Positions 37,203-50,591 of a stretch of 64,000 bases of DNA are shown piece after piece (position 1 is the first letter of the stretch; each line of letters opens with the position of its first letter). The translations under genes were made by a program, and so were the position numbers. Origin of the DNA: Trichosphaerium sp. ATCC 40318 (Eukaryota > Protista > Tubulinea). Under the pieces are notes generated by a model that did no database searches, had not been told where the DNA came from, and saw only the letters and a program-made list of their open reading frames with translations. The stretch covers positions 62,001-126,000 of the forward strand of contig JALMLS010000061.1 of assembly GCA_038496445.1 (NCBI GenBank), in the 5' to 3' direction.

Positions 37203-37796
37203 CGCGTTTTTGGAAAAAAGTCGTTTTAAAATGAAAAAAAACGATCGTACAAAAAAAAAGATTCTAAACACTGTTGTCATGCATATAAATAGTATTTGAC
37301 AGCGTATCACAAGCATTTAATTCGAAAGTTCAAAAACTATTTCAAAACTCTTGTTTTAGCGACATTTTTTTGACTCCACTATCTGTTTCGGGTAACTAGT
37401 CTCAAATAGCTATTAAAAGACATTTTATTAATACCTTGGTGCAACTCGCGCTAACAAAAATACGCCTTGTAATACTTTCCAAACTTGGTCCAAGTGCTAT
37501 AACTAACTCTAAAAACACTCCGTAGGCACGTACACGCGGTTTTGTAAAAAAAAAAACTCGTATAATTATCGGCGTTCGTAAAAAATAGCGCTATCCTGAT
37601 TTGTGTGTATTAGCAAACCCTTAAATAAACTCCTAGAACACACTACCATACCTTTAAGATTAAAACTAAGTCGTTTTTGAAAACGAAAAGAGTAATACTA
37701 ACGAGTTAAAGACGAAACACGAAAACAAAAAAAGCGCAAAGAAAATTGTTTTTTTGTTGTTGTTTGTTTACCTGTTCTTTATTAAGAAAACGGACA

Positions 37797-39866
37797 CTAT
37801 GTACGCCTCAGGGAGTTATAGTCAGGTGCTATAGACTCTCCTAGGCCGTATAAAACGCCTAAAAATTTATCATCATCTATACAATCTTCGAAATACTCCC
37901 TTCGCATAGCGAAGAATGTGTCCAGAGTAAGCAAACTGTCACTACCAGCTTGATGTTGTGGTCCTATACGCTCAACCTATAAAAAACATCAACAAGCAAT
38001 TCCACAAAAACCAAAAACAAAAAAAATCGATTGGATTTTTTTCAACCTGCTTTGTATTTTTTTTTTCTGTAACACTGTTTTTCAGTTACTATTAGAATTA
38101 TTTATGCGTGTTTTTATAGAAAGAATACATTTTGAAGCAGTGAAGACGAAGATTTTGATTTTTTTTTTTTTTGTCAAAAGTCCGAAAAACGCTCCAAAAA
38201 GTATCTTCGACTAAACAGTTGTGTACACTATCATGTGCAACAACGCTTAAAAAAAGTCTGTAGCTGTAACTCCTTATCGGGAATATACCCTAACTACAAA
38301 TACTGCAAAAAACGGCGACTGAACAAATAAAAGATCGCAATTGTGAACCGATTTAGTATTTGCAAAAAAAACCAAAAAAAAGCAGTTTAGGAGTTTTGGA
38401 TTGATCACGATTTATCAGGTAAGTTCTTAGTTTAATATAGCATCAAATGATGCTATATTTTATGAATATTAAAGAAACTTATCAAAAAATGTATTTAGGA
38501 GGTAACAGAGATGTAAAAAAGCGGAGATCTTTTTTGTCATTTATGAAAAAAAATTGTAAAAAGAACGCACTGAAAGTGTATCTGCTAGGTCCTGTAGTCC
38601 TCCTTTTAGATTTTTACAGCTTTTCATGAGGTACTTCATATCATAAATGCGTTGAAAGTATGTTTTAGTATCCTCAAAAAATTTCTCCTCTGTTGCTGGT
38701 AATGGCTTGTTTGTCAATACTTTCAAAAGATACCTATTGATTTATGTGAGTCACATAATTTTTTTCGATGTTTCAAAGGAAATTAAAAAAAATCAACCTC
38801 CGCCGTTATCGCAAGTAGAAACACAAAAAAAAAAGATTCACTTCGTAGTGGAATTCTTCTTTTAAATTAATTTAGTATTCTTGTACCAGAAACGTGTAAA
38901 ACATTACAAAAAAATGCCAGAAAATAATAAGAAAACATTTTGACATATTCAAGTCAAATGACATTTTGTTTTTTTCATCGTGTACAATTCAAATCGTTTA
39001 AATTCTTCACTTTGTTTTTCCCCCGCCCTTGTAAGTACTGCTTTTATAAGATAAATAAACTACAAGGCATTTCTGTGGCGTGGGGGAAAAAACAAGTAGA
39101 GAATTTGAGCGATTTGACTGGTGCGTTTAAATAAATCAGTTCTTACCCAAAATCATATCCAGAATGAAAAGAAATCCAATTAACATCATTAAATAGTACA
39201 ATACCGGATTGAATCATCAATTCAGCAAAACACTCTGTATCAATACCATACTCTGACATTCGATCAAAATTAATGCCAGAATGTGTCAGCAAGTCTATAG
39301 AGTCCTGTGCATACATATCCTCGCTAAAATGTTGTTAATTAAAACAAAAGACACAAACGAACGCTATTTGTAATTCCTGCGTTTAAAAATGAGCGTACGA
39401 CGCTCTTTTAGTGTTGTTTAGGCGATAAAAGATATAGTTTGTGATGAATAAAGCGTTTTCGGCTTTATCGTGGATAACAGTGTAGAATCGTATTTAAACA
39501 TTGTGCACGTACCCTATATCAAATTTAAAGTTAAACTGCCATGTTGATACACCTTTGGGTGTATTTCCTTCGCCGTCCGAGAACGTTAATCCAAGTTGTA
39601 TAATTTTTAGTAGATCTACATTACATCGTAGTGTTTGGTAGTGATAGTCTGAGTTGTTTTTAAAGCTACCAACTGGTCGGGCAACTACACCTGGAAATTC
39701 TGTGTCCTGTATTCATTATTTAGGCGATTTTGCCAATGTGGCACAGTTTAAGATGGTTTTTGGTGCGAACCATGGCAATATAAGGATAATCCTCAACCAC
39801 ATCGTATATTTTTCTAAATTCATCTTCTAGGTTCTCCTGCCACACATCCAGTATTTGGTCGCACAT
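37797..39866 (-). CDS. CAF1: CCR4-NOT deadenylase subunit CAF1/POP2 (CNOT7/8)
   Basis: [86 protein letters not shown]. Confidence 0.95.
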
Positions 39867-40023
39867 TTTTACGTTGTTTTTGTTCTTACGCTCTTGAATT
39901 TGTTTTGAGGTAAGTCCTGCAGTGCTTGAGTGCTCGTTGGTGTGATTGGCACTTACTTACTTGATTTTACTGGACCGTAACGTGTTGCAAAATTATTATA
40001 CATTACCTGGATACCATCACACT

Positions 40024-40739
40024 ATGGCGCTACTAGCGAAGGACCAAGTGCAAAGCATATTTTCTAAATTAACGTACAGTAATTTAACGGATGTTATGGC
40101 TGCAATCGAGCAAAAAGATCTGTACGCGTATATTAAGAGCTATGTGCGAAGTCTTAGCTCCTAAAGAATAGTTATTGTGGCGTTTGGAATCGATTGGTGT
40201 ATGCCAACTACTAAAATGTGCGTTCCAAGCGCGGTTACAAAGAGTAGCGCGTGTAGCGTATTTGGCTTGTTTTTTTTGACTAACGATTGTTAAGGATTAA
40301 AGTGGTGTCGGCGCAAGGTCACAAGCGTGCTGCTAATAAAAACGTCAAAGTTAAGGTGTTTGCAATTAACCAAGAAGAGAATGCAGCATTTTGCAAAAAA
40401 GTGGGCATTATAGGTACCTACGCGATTGCCATTAACCCTACTGCGCCACATATAACTTATTATCTATCAGCTGGTTGTCCAGTCGTAATGGTTTACATTG
40501 GACGAGTAAGTTGTGAATTTGAGCGTACTGGTTGGCCAGACTCACCTAAACTAGTAGCACCTTTGAATAAATGGTACCAGAACGCTCTCAAAGAAACAAC
40601 AAAAAAAGTTTTGACATTTCGTTAATTGTTTTAATTTTTACTGTTTTACAGGCAAGCAGAGGCACTCGTAAGTGCTGCTGTTGCGGCTCAGAAATCAGGA
40701 ACATATAGGCTATCAGCTGACGAAATATTGAATCCATGA
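40024..40739 (+). CDS. Thioredoxin-fold-like protein with atypical WCMPT motif
   Basis: IVIVAFGIDWCMPT followed by VKVFAINQEENAAFCKKVGI, a thioredoxin-like pattern; multi-exon. Confidence 0.5.
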
Positions 40740-40769
40740 GAAGCCGTTAAATACAGATAAGAGAATGAG

Positions 40770-41389
40770 TTATTCAATTTTAACTTCTTGGTTAAAATGT
40801 CCTCCAAGCTCAGATTCTAATAAGCCTAGAAACGAGTGTCCATCGCGTGTATTGTACCATGCCTTCTTTTCTGGATTCCAACTGTATCGTTTTGGGCCAC
40901 TAATACGATAATAAGCACGTGGTGTCGTATTTGAGTTGTAAATAAGTAAATACGATGAAATCGATTGAATTCACTGCTTAACGCCTTGAAATGCGCCCGG
41001 TGTTGCTTGTAAATATAAAATAAGTTTCTGTACCTGAATGGTGATGAAAGCCATATTTGTTTATTTGGTCCTTGTTTATTTATGACATAGGTACCTTTTT
41101 CACCTAAGCACAGCTCTACGACGCCTTCTGAAGGTTCGTTTACTTCAAAATTGCTGTCAATATCTTCAAATGCTTCGCATACGCCTGTAATTTGGCTAAT
41201 TGTCTCATTGGCTACGTTATGGAACTGTGTGTCTGATTCAAAGCCGCCTTCTTTTCTATTATGGATTTAACACCTTAAAAATGGCCTAAATACGCACGAA
41301 ACACAATAATAACGTGTAGGTTTTGTAATTGTTCTACATTGTACTTGTTTTCGCTGTGAAACGCGCGGATTCAGGACTGCACGCCACAT
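40770..41389 (-). CDS. FXN: Frataxin, mitochondrial
   Basis: Arg-rich presequence [40 protein letters not shown]...WYNTRDG. Confidence 0.93.
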
Positions 41390-41807
41390 GATGCAGTTTA
41401 CAACCTGTACTTAGTCTACTTATCATTTTTATTTGCTTGACTACGCCAGAACTTGTGTTGTTTTTTGATGGCTAGTCTTGGTATGGATATTGCGGACACC
41501 ACTAAGCAAGTTTCCAGGTTGTTCTAACAACTATTACTCAGCAAATAGTAAGTACGCGTGACAAAGAATGACAGGCGTGTGGTCACGTGTCTCCCTTCAA
41601 TATGCGATATGATAACAAAGCTACAAGATACACTGGAAGTTGAGAAGTGTGCACATTTCAGAAGACGTGAGTATGCTGAAAAGTTGTATGGAGGTAACAA
41701 TAGTTATGCTGATAACTATTGAAGCTTGTATTTCTACGACTGACACTTGAGAATTGATAATGGTAACAGGTACGTTACATTAGCATAGTTGTGTTGAAGC
41801 TCATTTA

Positions 41808-42015
41808 GTACCGTGGTTTTTCGTGCAAGACAAATAAACCAGATTTAGAATGGTAACACCCATTTAAGGGAAAACGACAAACATCCCAATGAATGTAATA
41901 TGTCAGTATGAAATAGAGGTACAGAATGGAATACGTTTTAGGTTATTTTCTGGATTAGGTTGTTATCTGGTTTAGGAAAGCGGAAAACGTACTTAAATAC
42001 TCTTAAAACCTAACA
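41808..42015 (+). repeat. Duplicated upstream (promoter/5'UTR) block, copy 2
   Basis: Inverted near-identical match to 14464-14690. Confidence 0.85.
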
Positions 42016-42367
42016 ATGCAACTCCTATCTGTTCTCTCCTTTTCACTTATCGTACAAGGCGGATCTTGGAATCACGGCGCTGAATATCATTGCCCAGACC
42101 TACCTGGTAGAACTTGGCAAACAACTCACATTATTACACCAATACAATACCATTCGTACGAATCGCTTGATGTATACATTCGATACCAATTTAGTTTGCT
42201 ACTATGACAATGGATATGTTTGGACGACACCAGTAGATGTATACGCTGCGTCTGTTCAACCAGGTGCAAGCGGTGTATGGGCTTACTCTCATGGTCTCGG
42301 TGATAACGTTCACAAAGTCACTTGGTGTGCTATTGACAGAGTACAATGTAGAATTGGTCTAGATTAG
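42016..42367 (+). CDS. Small secreted Cys-containing protein (~115 aa) with one apparent frameshift near 42170
   Basis: Signal peptide MQLLSVLSFSLIVQG; CPDLPGRTWQTTHIITPI, then in a shifted frame FDTNLVCYY...SVQPGASGVWAYSHGLGDNVHKVTWCAIDRVQCR. Paralog at 14148-14463. Confidence 0.6.
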
Positions 42368-43574
42368 AAGAAACCACACTGATTGTTTGTCCAATAAAAT
42401 GTATTTGTCTCAAAACACTTACTTACATTGTTCGCTCTTGTAAATTAACTTCATGTTGTGAAATTTCTCCATGACCCGGATTATCGATACTCACATTTTT
42501 TGCTTGTATTTGTTCATCACTGAGCATTCACTCACTACATTGTAATAATTATTTGATTTATTTGATAGCGTTTCATCAAATATGAAGTATGGGAATTTTT
42601 TAGGTTATGACGAACTGAAAAATGGGATTATCAAAACTTGATTAATCAAGTGAAACGTTTTCCGATCTGCGCATAGCCTTGATTAAACGCTTACCCTATC
42701 GCTACTCTAGATTTGGACAAAGTCGGTGATTTCACTACACGAAGTCATTTTAAAGTTAAAGCAGTATCTGTGCAGACAATTAGAAAGCGATATCAACTAG
42801 CATTCTCTCAAGAATGGTCAAAAAAAGGTGATTTTCAATGAACAAATAATCTCGATACTGACGGCTTTGTGAATGTGCTCAAAATACTGTAAAACTACGT
42901 ACGAAGTGCTGTATGTGTTTTTCAAAATAAGAGAAACGCATTCATGAATTATTCCGGGGAAGTCGTTTTCCGGATGAAAACGCTCATTGTGTGGGGTAAG
43001 AGTAGATGGTGCAACCCATTCCATTCTGCCGTTGAGTTCACTCATTTCGAAAGGCGGTGAATTCAATGATAAGCTTGTCTCGTTTGCTCACGCTCAGTAG
43101 CGATATTAATACTAAACTAATCCATAAATTTCGGCCAGAACACAGCAGCTCGGAATTTTTGGAACCAAGGTTATCTTACATTAGTCGTTTTGGTAACATC
43201 TGGCCTCCAAAAATCCCAAGCTGTTTGTGAGCTATTGGTATTTATTCTCGTACATCGGGTCGTAAAGGCTAGCTCGTGGCAATGATACTTGCACTATCTA
43301 CAGGCTTTTTTGTGTTTTTTGATCGTTTTGCTATCTACATTTGCTTGAACTCGTTTTTTTTGAACATGTTCCTAGTACAATTCTGTAATAGCCTAAAGAA
43401 GTCAGAAAAAAAAGCCACGAAATAATGAAAAATACAGTTTCGGATGTGGCACTTCTTTTCACTTCTTTTCTTTTTTTAAGGTGTATCGTTGTTACTGAAG
43501 TGTTGAAAAGAGAAACAAGCGCTTTACAGTGGTAGAGTACTTGATTTTTAAGGTAGGAGAAGGTTATACTTACA

Positions 43575-46211
43575 ACTGTGTTGAGCGCTTATCATTTGAA
43601 ACAAGAGCATTAAAGTCCCAGTTTTCTTCCGGATAAACATCACCCAATAAATGAGGATAGTACCTCAGAATACCAGAGCCACCAAGTGATCTTATTTGAG
43701 CCATAGAAACCCTGTACCTAAGTAAATAATTAGTAGAGTTACTTGTCTTGGTGTCAGACGGTTCGGTTCGTTCGTAAGAAGAAAATTTCGCAATTTACAA
43801 AAAAAAGCAAGAGCAAGATTGAGTGTTCTAAGCGTATTGAGAGGCTTCAAGCCTGTAAATATACTTCTTTTTAATTTTATGAGCTTGTACGTATTATAAT
43901 GACCAGAATAAAGAAGTTTGATGGGACAGACAATACCACAAGAGATAGTTTTGGGAAAACATGTGAAAAATTGAAATAAAGATTGGTTAGACTTTTTTTC
44001 CAAACTCTTTGCAGAAATTCCTCATGTGAAAGGTTTTAAGCTTACCACTCATTAAGAGAACCAACACCAAGTCTATTTTCAGTATCTTTAACAAACGATA
44101 TTACGTTATCATCGTTAAGCCAAAACCCTCTTGATACATTTTTACAGTTTTTTCTACTTTGCAGTTTTTTACTATTTTTTAGGCGTCTCCTATTGCGTAT
44201 GGTCAGTTGTTTTCTAAGCACTGAGATTAATATCTCACCTTGATTCCAATAATTCCATTTGAGCTTTCGTCTTCCTATCGAAGCATTGGTCTTAGTATAA
44301 AGCGATAGAAACAGCTTTTTGTCAGCAGATTGAAAAATTGTTGGTACCACAAGAATTTTAGCTCTTCTCTCAGGTTTGGATAGTGAATACACAATGCTTT
44401 AGGAAGTGACCCATACCTAGGAATGGGAGTGAGAAAACATATGTTTTAAACACGTGAGCAGAAGTTGGTGCGGAAAGGAAATTTATATTTATTTGGACAT
44501 GGTACCTTGACACAATATCCTTTGCTCCTAATCTCATTACATCATGACTTGAAACATGTTTCCAATCACTTATAGTCTTAAGATCAAGCGTTAAAGCGAT
44601 TTCGTTTAATTTCTCTAAGCTTGAAGGTGCCCTCCTAAGTGGAAAAAATAATTAGAATAACTTTTGGGTTTGACCAAATGGTTTGTGAACGTACACGAAA
44701 AGTGACTCAATCCATTGTTCTTTGGGGTGTATAAACCTAAGAATCTTGTAAAGCGATCCGTGCCTATTGTAAAGAGTAAGATTGAGTGTGATCAAGTATA
44801 TTAAGCCAGCGTAGAAATACGAGAAAAGTTCTGAATCAACATTGCTTTGACTTACTTGTTGAGTAACCAAGCGCCACCAAATCGGTGAATATCTTGCCAT
44901 CGTATATTATACCAATCTTTTACATTCTTTATACCCAGTTCGTCTCCAATTCTATTGAATATCCGACGATGTCTGATACGATCACAACTAGCTGTTCTAA
45001 TATTGTCTAAGGCAATAACTTGATAAAGTATGCGTACTGGAACTTCTGAACTTGCCAGTCATGCTCAGGATATATTGCATTGACTGCATTATATAACGAG
45101 TATTGATACCTAAAATATAACTTAACACGTGCATTTCTGAAAGCAGAAAGAATGGAAAGAAAAAGTAAGAAACTCAATAATTATCCATTAAGAAGTACTT
45201 TGAAAGAACACCACCTCCGTTATAATGTTTTATATCGTCTACTGTTATATTATACCAATCTTGATATTTATCAATAGCTAATTGTGAACTAATCTCATCA
45301 AACTTTGCTCTTTGATTTCTGACGTCATCCCAAAAACCTTGAGGTGCAACTCTACAAAACGAAATATAAGTTCCTCGTCACTTACAACAAAATACAGTAC
45401 GTACTTAAATGCCCATGGTACCCACGGATATTCATGGTATATGATTCTCAACGCATTGTACAATGAACCATTGTAATATCTGTAGAAGAGATTAAAAAAA
45501 ACAAAAAAAAAGAGAACATTCACTACCTATTAATAAATGAACCACCATGTGCCGCTGCTTGCTCAAATGTAATATTATACCAATCACTCCATACACCTAT
45601 GCCCAATATATTACCTATACGGTCTAAACGCCGGCGTTGATTTGAGATATCGGCCCTTTAAGCGAGTTAGTTAAGTTTGATTTTTGCCTTTTTATTGTCA
45701 CATGCCAGTACTTTTGAGGAGCTATCCTACACTTTCAGTTATTCAAATCAAGCTTATGAACCATGTCACGTACTTGAATAAACCCATATCCCATTTATAT
45801 TCAGGGTAGAGAGCTAACAACGTGTAATACAGAGAGTTTTTGTGCCTAAACTAAAGGTTCAAATGGAACTTATTTTTATGTTGGTGATCTTTGCTGTTAC
45901 CTGTTTAAAATCGTTCCACCGCCAAGCTGTTTTACTGCTGACTTGGTTGCGTTGTACCAATCCGATGGTTGGGATATTTGAAGCGCAGGAGCAATAACTG
46001 TATCAAAAAATATCCTCTGGTTGTCTATGACATTCCAGTGGCCGTTTGCTACGCGTATAGAGGTCGGCGAGAATGACATGTTACGTATTGCGCCTGATTT
46101 AGTCAAAAAACGGTTATAACGATGTAGTAATGGTCGCGATGAAGAAAAAGAGTGTACAAACGCTGTACGACTCGAAACCTATGAAAAGGCGCTAATCATA
46201 CCACATACCAT
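43575..46211 (-). CDS. Putative mitochondrial protein with ~70-aa Trp-rich tandem repeats; 3' end uncertain (may extend to ~42700)
   Basis: Presequence-like MVSSRTAFVHSFSSSRPLLHRYNRF. Repeated W...NQR...LxI....DWY...GG..L...YNGSLY.AL..IYPEY.W.PW.F units over several exons. Confidence 0.65.
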
Positions 46212-46401
46212 TTGTTTTGCGTTTTTCGTATCCTAAACGTACAATACATTGCGTACAAACGCTATTGATTATTCTAGTGCGCATTTGATCAAAATCGCGA
46301 GTTTCGCGTTGGTTAGCGTTTAGTAGGAGTACCTAATACTTTGTTCATGCATTTAAGCATGCGAACTTTAAGCGCTCTTTCAACATTTTGGTTCTTTCTG
46401 G

Positions 46402-49314
46402 ATGACAACGTTATCTCATGATTCTTTTCCTGCGCCCCCGGGCTTTACTACCAATAGTAAAGTAATGGTACGAAACAGTACATACCGTTAATTGTTTTCT
46501 GTAATTATCGTTTAGTATGATGCATTCCCACAAGGTGCTAGTGCCTTGAAGTCTCCACGTATCAGTGGATCTTCTACAACAACGGAACTTGATTCAATGT
46601 GGCAAAATAGCCCACGCGGCACTGTAAGTAAATTGGTGTTGTATTTGCGTTAATTAGATTGCCACCAGGGAAGGAGAAAACGCGCAATGTCCTTGACACA
46701 CTCAACAGGCTTTCTTTCTCTTAGTGACTGGTGGGATGCCACTGTAAAGGTACCTTTGATATTACATCCAAAGCAGTTTACACTCACAAATGGTCATAAA
46801 CTATCTTCACGTTAATATAACCACCATTGTAGAAGCAGCAAGTGTCCATAAATGACTTTATAAAACATCTATCAAAGTTAACTCTAGTGACCTATTACGA
46901 CGTACAAATACTCAAATACTACTTTGGTACGCCAAAAAACAAAACTGGTGGCTTTAATTGGTTTCTTTTCATCAAAACACTTGCTTTTCTCCCTTCGCCC
47001 TACTTACGCTTGGAGCAGACCCTAGGAAACAATCAAAATCGATAAGAAAGTCAAACTTTCTAGCGTTTACAGAAACCTTTGGTAGACCTGGTGTAAGCTT
47101 AAAATTGGTACGAACAACCATATTATAAAAGTGTTTGGAAAGTTTTTTGATAGATTTTCATAAATGAAATTTCGCCCTTGTTGCTTTTCGGAGAATATCC
47201 TTCCCACCTTGGAAATCGAGCCCTGTTTTACTAATTCAGCTCTGCTATTTACTATATTAATTATTGACCTGTCATTAACAACAATACTTCGGCCTTATGA
47301 AAGACGACATCGTTTTAATTGATCTTTCTAGCTTCGTCAGTTATTTTCTACACCTTACTTTCTTGGATGGCTTTCAGTTGATGGTTCTACACATTTAATT
47401 ACAAACATGAGCCCTGGCACTTTTATGATTCGATTCAGCTCTGAGCGTTCCTATCTCAGCACAAGTACGCACTCTATTCCAAAAACCTGAAAACATCTTT
47501 TACATTTTTTTACCTTGCTTTTTCACGACATTGAGCGTTTCTATTGTGCGTTTATTTGCTTTGTCTAACGATACAAGGTTATGTAACATATAATTTAACA
47601 TGTTATTTGGTACGTGCTTATTTCTAATATGTTTTAGCGTACATAAATGCTGAAAGAAAAATACAACACTTTAGAGTTTCTGTTGAAAAAGGAAAATTTA
47701 GAGCCACAAATACGCTTGTTTTTGATAGTATTGTAGCATTAGTGGAACACTACAAGGTAACTTAACTCACATAGGGCATTCTAATACATACTGCTCAAGG
47801 CTGTACAAGAAAATTAAATCATTTTTAGAGCTTACTTAAATATCCTTGTCGTTCAGGCTTACTCTTAAGACATCGGTAAGCATTCCTATTCACGTGAATA
47901 CTTATCAACGTATCCTTTAGCTTCTTTTTTCCTAATTGCACAAGACCAGAAGCTGAAAAGATACTTGCCAAGAGACTTTCTGGAACGTACGATAATTTTC
48001 TTTTTTGTCAAAATCATTCCTCTATTTTTTTTGTGCTCAGCTTGATGTTTAATCACGTGACATTTTTATTTATTGAGAGTTTGTATTTATATTTCTTTCA
48101 CTAGGTATTTTTTCAGATTCAGCTCTTCGGGTGATTGTATTACATTGTCATATAAGAGTGACGATGGATGTAATCATCTACCTATTAAATTAGTTCAAAA
48201 CTTTGGAAGTATTGCATTCCATTGCTTTAATGAAAAATATCGAAGCTTGTATTCTATTCGGTACCATCAAGGTGGTGTATTAAAGAATGCTCTTACAACA
48301 GCCGCAGTTCCATTAGGTACCGTTGAATGACAATAGTTTAAAAAGTTCCAACCACAGAACAACAACTTACTTTTCCATTTACAGACATTGGTTCTCTTGA
48401 GACTTATGCAAAGAGTGAAAATGATTTAGAAGTAGAAATAGCAGCACTTGAAATACCAAGGTGGTTACGCACCGAAAGTGCTATGAAACTAGCTCGTATT
48501 ACATCATCTTTGCGTTCAATTTGTTCAAACATATGTACGCCTGAACAAAAAATACTCTTGTTCTTTTTTTTCCGGGAATGCCTTCCCATCTCACATTTCT
48601 TTATCATAGCAATGCAGCACCTTATTGCAACTGAAAATAATATGCCATTTATGATACAATTATATACAATTGAAGCTACTTATAACGAGAATCCAAACAT
48701 AGTGCAAAATTGCAGTTATTTAATAGACTTATTCTCACAAAGTACGTTTTCTTTAAATGCAAAAACCTTCCCATTGCCGCCTCGGTGAAAGATTTTTTCG
48801 TGCCATGCTCCTTCTAAATATATCATTCGTTCTAAATATTGACAAAAAAATCACGTGGCACTATTTTCACTCACAAGGGCGACGGCTTTTTAAAAAAACC
48901 TGTTCTAGTAATTTCCTTATGCACATGTTTCCTAATTAGCTCACTCTAGAGGACCTTAATAAACGACTTCAAACAAAGCATGCATCGTCTAGACGTGATT
49001 CAAGAAGGTTAAGACTAAAGACAACACCACGGCATCTTATCCGTGCAGGCAAAGGAGGCCCTATATCTCCTAAAGAAGATTTCCAGATTTTTGGTACTTT
49101 GGTGCCTTCTACTTCCAGAGTTTCTTCAAACTCTCTACTTCTGTCACTAAAGGTGAAAGAAAAATATGAACGTCTACCTTCAGTACCTTTTGGTGGACTT
49201 GTTCCTACTTCTCCTCCGAAATCTTACCATGCTTTTGATGTTGAGGAGAAAAATGTAATTGTAGATAGAAATTAGCTTGCAACAAAAAATAATTCTCCAC
49301 CAATTGTACCATAA
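46402..49314 (+). CDS. Tandem SH2-domain protein with EF-hand-like N-terminal region
   Basis: SH2-1: PYFLGWLSVDGSTHLITNMSPGTFMIRFSS...IQHFRV. SH2-2: FFPNCTRPEAEKILAKRLSGTYFFRFSSSGDCITLSY...NHLPI. Ser/Pro-rich ends. Confidence 0.75.
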
Positions 49315-49596
49315 AAAAAGTTTGTTTAAATTCTTTCAAATACGTCTGTGAAAGTAGTAGAAGATAAGCTGATGATCTGAGACTAAACAGCTCTATGCGC
49401 TGATGTTAATCGCTAGATCTAACTTACCTCTTGTTGTATTCCTATTGCAAGTTTTCGTTGTGTACCACAAATTGTACCCTATCAAATTCCTGGAAATTTG
49501 TGTTTAAAAACGGCTGACAACAAGATAAATTGGATGTCAAACCAAAATGTACAAATCCATTTTGTAGAATATACGTGCTAACAGTCATTTTTAAGA

Positions 49597-50331
49597 TTTG
49601 GGTTCACTTTCTTCAAACCAATTCGCTGGAACTTTACCTCACAACGTAATGGTAAAGGAGGATGTATTATGGGCAGCGTACTACAGCGAAGGTAAGATAT
49701 TCATTAAAACTAAAGTGAACACATAATAGCCTTGATTGATTTATTAAAACTAAAGTGAACACATAATAGCCTTGATTGATTTATACTGTTCATCTGTGTT
49801 TTCATTTTGAAGGCATCAGAGGCAGTGATATTATCTAACCACGTGTTTTAGTTCAGGTGTAGTAGCATGGGATATATTTGTGCCATCAGAACCAACGCTA
49901 ATGGCTCAATACAAAACATCTGATTTCCCTAGTACGAATTCGTTCAACAAGTTGGTTTTTTTTGACAAGCAAAATTTAAGGTGGGTTTCATGGTGTTTGG
50001 GGTGTTTATCCATTTGCTTCAAACGACTTAGTGTATGCATCAGATAGAGAAAATGGTAGGACATTAATTGGTGTATCAGTACAATTCCTCTTATGTTGTC
50101 ATAGGATTGTTTATACTGGAGTTGGAAAACAAGCAAGTAAAGGAGGATACTAGATATAAAAGTACTCTTACTCTCTTACTCTTTTTTTATATGCTACTTT
50201 TTTACTGTTCTAATTACATGACTGTAGGCGTTACAATCGTCTTGGCTGTTCTATCTGGTCTTTTATTTATAGCGTTAGTTATTGCTGTCATATTTTACCT
50301 TCGTAAAAGCACAAGATACAACGCAGTTTAA
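49597..50331 (+). pseudogene. 3' fragment of an LVIVD-repeat/choice-of-anchor B-like beta-propeller protein with TM anchor
   Basis: Spliced: PHNVMVKEDVLWAAYYSEGVVAWDIFVPSEPTLMAQYKTS...GFHGVWGVYPFASNDLVYASDRENGLFILE + TM. There is no room for the N-terminal part after the SH2 gene stop at 49314. Confidence 0.6.
49703..49784. repeat. Perfect 40-bp tandem duplication in an intron
   Basis: ATTAAAACTAAAGTGAACACATAATAGCCTTGATTGATTT x2. Confidence 0.9.
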
Positions 50332-50591
50332 TGTTAGACCCATGTTAAGGAAAAATCATCAAATTCTATTCCTTGAGTTACTACGCTTTCGTTACTCCTT
50401 TCAAGAAAATGTTACAATGTTAGTACTTACGTACATACAATAAGCATCTTGAAATGATTTGTCACGTGCTTACAACAGGCGAGGTCCGGTTTCTTTTGAA
50501 AAAAAATAGTACTATTGTTTACTTTGAACGACTTTTTGTCTTTGCGCTCTGATGTTTTGAAAAAACGTGCGCTTACAAACTTCCTTCTAAT

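Noticed and set aside
49703-49784. CRISPR-like repeat
   Set aside because: Two adjacent copies with no spacer, inside a eukaryotic intron; a simple tandem duplication or assembly artefact.
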